Of a stretch of 64,000 nucleotides of DNA, positions 59,480 to 64,000 are shown in pieces. The position numbers were made by a program, and so were the translations under genes. The notes under the pieces are model-generated. The model worked only from the letters and a program-made list of their open reading frames with translations. It was not told the origin of the DNA and made no database searches. This DNA comes from Candidatus Nomurabacteria bacterium (GTDB lineage: Bacteria > Patescibacteriota > Minisyncoccia > Phycocordibacterales > CAIZLB01): the NCBI GenBank assembly GCA_943356525.1, contig CALRFG010000004.1:290-64289 (forward strand), read 5' to 3'. How positions within the stretch are numbered: the first letter of the stretch is position 1; each line of letters opens with the position of its first letter.

Positions 59480-60949
59480 ATGCAGGTTATCAGCATATAT
59501 TGGTGTAGAAAAGATTTTCGTTTAGACGACAATCCGGCTTTATTTAATTGCCTTAAGGAAAGTAGGGAAGAGGATACTCTATTCTTACCACTTTTCATAT
59601 TGGAGGATTATATGACAAAAGGTGATCCTATAAATCAGTATAGTTATACTTCAAGGGTTTTATTATCTAAGATTTTACCTAAATTTGCAGATAATTTTAC
59701 AGAATTTAGCGTTATAAATGGTAAAATATCTCAAGTATTGACAAAACTATCGAAACATTACAATGTCAAGGTCTATGTCAATGACGATGTACATCCTGAT
59801 TTCTATAAACAAATTAAAAAAATTAAAGAAAATGGCCTTAATATAAAAGTTTATCAGGATTCACTGGCTGTAGACAAAGAAACAAAAACAATAACTGGAA
59901 ATTATTATAGTATTTTTACCCCCTTTAAAAAAAATATTTTAGCTAAATTTATAGATACAAAAATAATACTAAAATCAAATCCTGATTCTAAAATAAATTA
60001 TTTATCTAAAAATGCTATAGAAAAAATTTTTAATAAAAAAGACTTGGTAAAAAATACAGAAAAAGATATTTTAAAAGAATTTAAAGATACAAGACTTATA
60101 AAAGTTGGTAAAAATACTATAGATCTTGATGGGATTATTGCAAGACCTGAACTCAATCATGTTTATACAAATGAAAAGGAAGTACTAGATATTTTCAAGA
60201 AGTATATTAAAAATGATGGTCTAATAAACTATAAAGACAAGAGAGATTTTCTTAAAAATACAAATTCAAATATGGCCATAGCATTAGCTTGGGGATTGAT
60301 ATCAGCTGGTATACTTATGAGAGAGATAAAGAATCATCATGCAGACCTTAATCATTTAGGTGTTCAAACTTATATAAGTGAGCTTATATGGCGAGAATTT
60401 TACAAATACATACTCTATCACAACTCTACTGTTTTGAATGAAGAATTTCAGAAAAAATATAGAAATAAAATTGAATGGAGAGAGAATAAAGAAGCGGTTA
60501 AATTTTTCAAGCTTTGGGTGCAGGGTAAAACAGGTTATGACATAGTCGACGCTTCGATGTTAGAGTTGGCTAAAACAGGACAGATGCACAATAGATCACG
60601 TATGATAGTTGCCAGTATATTGACTAAAAATTTAGGCATTGATTGGCGCTGGGGACAAGAATATTTTAGATCAATACTTGCTGATTTGGATGATGCCTCT
60701 AACAATGGTGGTTGGCAATGGTCAGCTTCTGTTGGATCGGATCCAAAACCTATACGTATTTTTAATCCGTATACTCAAGCTGATAACTATGATACTGATA
60801 GAGAATATAGAAATAAATGGCTAGATAAAGATTATAAACTTGAAGCTATAATAGAACACAAACAAGCTCGTCAAGAGGCTTTGATTAGATATGGACTGTT
60901 AAATAATAAGCATAAAGATCACAATCAACATCATCTATTTAGTGATTAA
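59480..60949 (+). CDS. phrB: Deoxyribodipyrimidine photolyase (class I)
   Basis: DFRLDDNPAL, ELIWREFY, GKTGY.IVDA, MHNR.RM, SNNGGWQW, RIFNP. Confidence 0.9.
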   Translation: MQVISIYWCRKDFRLDDNPALFNCLKESREEDTLFLPLFILEDYMTKGDPINQYSYTSRVLLSKILPKFADNFTEFSVINGKISQVLTKLSKHYNVKVYVNDDVHPDFYKQIKKIKENGLNIKVYQDSLAVDKETKTITGNYYSIFTPFKKNILAKFIDTKIILKSNPDSKINYLSKNAIEKIFNKKDLVKNTEKDILKEFKDTRLIKVGKNTIDLDGIIARPELNHVYTNEKEVLDIFKKYIKNDGLINYKDKRDFLKNTNSNMAIALAWGLISAGILMREIKNHHADLNHLGVQTYISELIWREFYKYILYHNSTVLNEEFQKKYRNKIEWRENKEAVKFFKLWVQGKTGYDIVDASMLELAKTGQMHNRSRMIVASILTKNLGIDWRWGQEYFRSILADLDDASNNGGWQWSASVGSDPKPIRIFNPYTQADNYDTDREYRNKWLDKDYKLEAIIEHKQARQEALIRYGLLNNKHKDHNQHHLFSD

Positions 60950-60973
60950 AAAATATAGTATAATTAGCTCATT

Positions 60974-62266
60974 ATGGAAAAAGAAAAAGACTTTATTATT
61001 AAAGAAATAAAGGCAGGGGAGAATTATCTTAGAAAACTTGGACCAGGTATCATTACAGGTGCCGCTGATGATGATCCATCAGGCATAGCTACTTATTCCC
61101 AAGCCGGTGCTCAGTTTGGAACAGGATTGCTGTGGATGGCCGCTTGGACTTTTCCACTTATGTCTATGATACAAGAGATGTGTGCACGTATAGCTTTAGT
61201 CACAGGTCAAGGTTTGGCAGCAAATATAAAAATAAGCTATTCTAAATGGGTTTTATATTTATGTACTATATTATTATTTTTAGCTAACACTTTAAACATA
61301 GGTGCCAATCTTGGGGCTATGGCAAAAGCAATTGAGCTTTTAAATCCGAGCATACCCTTTGTTTTCTTGGTAATATTTATAGGCTTATTTAGTTTAGTAT
61401 GTGAAATAATTATCCCGTACAAACGCTTTGCAAAGTTTCTAAAATATCTTGTGATGTCATTGTTTGCATATATAATTACAGCTTTAATGATTAATATGAA
61501 TTGGTCAACTTTATTTATAAATGGACTTATTCCTCAAATTGAATTTACTAAAACTCAACTTTTCTTAATAACAGGTATTCTTGGAACAACAATATCACCA
61601 TACCTTTTCTTCTGGCAAACCTCACAAGAAGTTGAATCTCAAATAGATCAAGGAAAAGTTACACCTGAGTCTCGTCTTGGTACTAATAAAGATGAGATAA
61701 AAGAAATGCGCACCGATGTTTGGACTGGCATGTTTCTATCAAACCTTGTTATGTTTTTTATCATAGCTGTATGTGCCAATACTCTATTTATAAATGGTAT
61801 TACTGATATACAAACAGCATCTGATGCTGCACGAGCTCTAGAACCATTCGCAGGCCGATTTGCAACTTGGTTATTTGCTGTAGGTATCATAGGTACAGGG
61901 TTGTTATCTATACCAGTATTAGCTGGATCTTCCGCATATGCTTTATCTGAAAGTTTGGGCTGGAAAGAAGGTTTATATTGGAAACTGAAAGAAGCAAGAG
62001 CATTTTATGGGGTTATTGCTGTTTCTATCGTATTAGGTATTTCAATAAATTTTTTAGGAATAGATCCTATAAAGGCTTTAATATATTCTGCTATAGCAAA
62101 CGGTATCATAGCTCCTGTGGTAATCATTTGTATAGTTCATATAAGTTCTAGTGAAAAATTTATGGGTGAATTTAAGAATAAAAAATTTACAAATATTATA
62201 GGTTGGATTATTGCCATACTTATGAGTATAACTGCATTGGCAACTATAGTAGCTATGGTTTTGTAG
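60974..62266 (+). CDS. NRAMP family divalent metal transporter
   Basis: LGPGIITGAADDDPSGIATY, GTTISPYLFFWQ. Confidence 0.9.
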   Translation: MEKEKDFIIKEIKAGENYLRKLGPGIITGAADDDPSGIATYSQAGAQFGTGLLWMAAWTFPLMSMIQEMCARIALVTGQGLAANIKISYSKWVLYLCTILLFLANTLNIGANLGAMAKAIELLNPSIPFVFLVIFIGLFSLVCEIIIPYKRFAKFLKYLVMSLFAYIITALMINMNWSTLFINGLIPQIEFTKTQLFLITGILGTTISPYLFFWQTSQEVESQIDQGKVTPESRLGTNKDEIKEMRTDVWTGMFLSNLVMFFIIAVCANTLFINGITDIQTASDAARALEPFAGRFATWLFAVGIIGTGLLSIPVLAGSSAYALSESLGWKEGLYWKLKEARAFYGVIAVSIVLGISINFLGIDPIKALIYSAIANGIIAPVVIICIVHISSSEKFMGEFKNKKFTNIIGWIIAILMSITALATIVAMVL

Positions 62267-62527
62267 AAATTTCAAGGTAGAAGATATAGACTATTTAATT
62301 CAACATACCTTAAAAGGGCAAATTTTGCCTTAAAAAAGCCATAAAATCCAGCAAAATCAATAAATATAAGAAAAATCAAAAAATCCCAAATTTAGTTAAA
62401 TTATATAAATATCTAGTATAAGTGATCATATTGATTGATTGAAATAGATATAATGTTGACTGTAGTATGTGTAAGTTAAGTCAAAGTTTATTTATTAGAT
62501 ATATTATAACTATATTTAATATATATA

Positions 62528-62555
62528 ATGTCGCAAAAGATATATTGTGCGACAT
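62528..62555. other. dif-like tyrosine recombinase site (11-6-11)
   Basis: ATGTCGCAAAA-GATATA-TTGTGCGACAT; arms are inverted repeats matching at 10 of 11 positions. Confidence 0.6.
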
Positions 62556-62798
62556 GTATACTTACGAATGAAGCGAGTTAGAAAACAAGGAGTGCACTTT
62601 AGTGCCGACATATAGCCTAGCCCACCCCACTCTACGCTAACCCAAATATAATATTTAAATATTTTTTTGATATTGTTACATTAAAATGTTAAATAATTTA
62701 ATATATAAAAAAACCCAACTAAGGGGGATTAATATTTTTGAAATTTTATATAAAGTTATGATATAGATTAATTATAAAGAAGGTTATACTCTTCCCTA

Positions 62799-62984
62799 CT
62801 ATCTGGCTTCAAGTAACTCAACTCTTTTTACCAGTGGGTTAAATTCATACCTATGAACCTTGTCGGTTTCTATAGACAACAATCTTTTATCAACTGCTAA
62901 AAACCTTTGATTCATATCCGTTCTTAGGTCAGATATTTCATTTTTAAGTTCTAATTTTAGCTCTTTATTAGTCTCATCCATCAC
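62799..62984 (-). CDS. Short coiled-coil protein or gene fragment
   Basis: LKNEISDLRTDMNQRF..VDKRL...KRVELLEAR heptads. Confidence 0.45.
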   Translation of the reverse strand: MMDETNKELKLELKNEISDLRTDMNQRFLAVDKRLLSIETDKVHRYEFNPLVKRVELLEAR

Positions 62985-63023
62985 ATTGAAAAACTTATCA
63001 AAACTATCTACTACCGTAAAACA

Positions 63024-63998
63024 CTATACACCAGGTAATTCAATATAAAACTTAGACCCCTTATCTTTTCCCTGAGACTCAGCCCAAGCTCGACCATTAT
63101 GACCTTTCAGTATTTGCCCTGCTACAAACAAGCCTAGACCTGTGCCTAGCATATTTATACTTGAAGATTCTGGTGCACGGATATACTTGTTAAAAAGACT
63201 TGGTAATATTTCTGGACTTATACCAACTCCTGTATCTTCAATCTTTACTAAAACATTATTATTTTTAGTTTTACTTATAAAAATATTTATTTGCCCTTCT
63301 GGTGTATATTTTATTGCATTATCTATGATATTTAAAAATACTTGTTTTATTTTACCCTCATCAACTTCTACTTTATATTCCATACTAGAGTCATAATTAA
63401 AATTTATAATTAAACCTTTTCTTTCAGCTAAATTTTTTACGTTTTCAATAATATTTTTAATAATATATACCAAATCTATAACTGAAAAATAATATCTCAT
63501 ATTCCCCTGCTCTATACGAGAAATATTAAGATAATCTTCAACAATCATTGTCAAATCAATAGTTGAACGCGATATTTTATTCACAGCATCCTCTATCCCG
63601 GGATTTTTTATTTCACCAAAAGTACCATCTAATATCATTGACGAATAACCTTTCATGGCAGTTAAAGGAGCTCGAAGCTGATGTGTTGCAAGTGATATAA
63701 ATTCAGATTTTTTTAAGTCAAGTTCTTTAAGTTGTGTATTTGTTTTTTCAAGCTTCTGATTTAACACAGTCACATCTGTAACAAGTATATCGTCTTTTTC
63801 TCGTAAAGTTATCTCTTTTTTTACAGTTTTAATAAATAAATAACCACTTATAATAATTAAAAATAGTAGTATTATATCTATTAATCTATCTGTAGAACTT
63901 TGATTAAATATTATTTTTACTACCATGAATAGCCAGAGGAAAAATGTTATAAATTGTGAAAATACCACCTTAATATCAAACAATCCGTATCTTATTAT
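63024..63998 (-). CDS. Sensor histidine kinase (5' end beyond the window)
   Basis: H-box ATHQLRAPLT, N-box NIIDNAIKYT, G1 DTGVGI, G2 GTGLGL; frame stays open to the window edge. Confidence 0.92.
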   Translation of the reverse strand: MIRYGLFDIKVVFSQFITFFLWLFMVVKIIFNQSSTDRLIDIILLFLIIISGYLFIKTVKKEITLREKDDILVTDVTVLNQKLEKTNTQLKELDLKKSEFISLATHQLRAPLTAMKGYSSMILDGTFGEIKNPGIEDAVNKISRSTIDLTMIVEDYLNISRIEQGNMRYYFSVIDLVYIIKNIIENVKNLAERKGLIINFNYDSSMEYKVEVDEGKIKQVFLNIIDNAIKYTPEGQINIFISKTKNNNVLVKIEDTGVGISPEILPSLFNKYIRAPESSSINMLGTGLGLFVAGQILKGHNGRAWAESQGKDKGSKFYIELPGV

Positions 63999-64000
63999 TC

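Noticed and set aside
62267-62798. Replication origin
   Set aside because: AT-rich but no DnaA-box cluster seen and the flanking genes converge; the two perfect DnaA boxes noticed in the window are isolated.
4568-63396. Many 60-160 aa ORFs overlapping confident genes on the opposite strand or another frame
   Set aside because: Shadow ORFs with no motifs or independent expression signals.
1-64000. Alternative genetic code (UGA=Gly), inteins, DGR/retron reverse transcriptase
   Set aside because: Conserved genes are uninterrupted under code 11, dnaB has normal length, and no RT motif or template/variable repeat pair was seen.

Overview
AT-rich bacterial chromosome segment read with code 11. 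It is most consistent with a Patescibacteria/CPR (Parcubacteria-like) genome; this is an inference from short AlaRS/ProRS/ValRS, a Lys-rich RpoD N-terminus and near-universal leaderless gene starts. Positions 1-7.8 kb look like the right end of an integrated accessory island: a structured RNA leader, a PD-(D/E)XK nuclease, a phage-type HTH, a ParB-methyltransferase, an intact IS481-family element with a 6-bp target duplication, a stand-alone FtsK-gamma domain, a DUF2779-like nuclease, and two identical tRNA-3'-fragment att-like repeats flanking one gene. The rest is mostly housekeeping: tesA-ybbAP, xth, pepF, alaS, proS, infA, dnaJ, rplU, recR, dnaB, cysS, ychF, greA, mltG, mnmA, dnaG, rpoD, UvrD-nuclease, galE, valS, PIF1 helicase, photolyase, NRAMP, a histidine kinase and tRNA-Gln. 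The most unusual signals are non-coding: two stand-alone structured RNA candidates with their own promoters and terminators (32.5 kb and 45.8 kb), a switch/c4-like RNA at 20-165, a covarying palindromic repeat after dnaJ and rpoD, a symmetric 11-6-11 dif-like site at 62.5 kb, and a coding-strand G enrichment at gene 3' ends. All product calls come from motif recognition by eye; no database searches were run.
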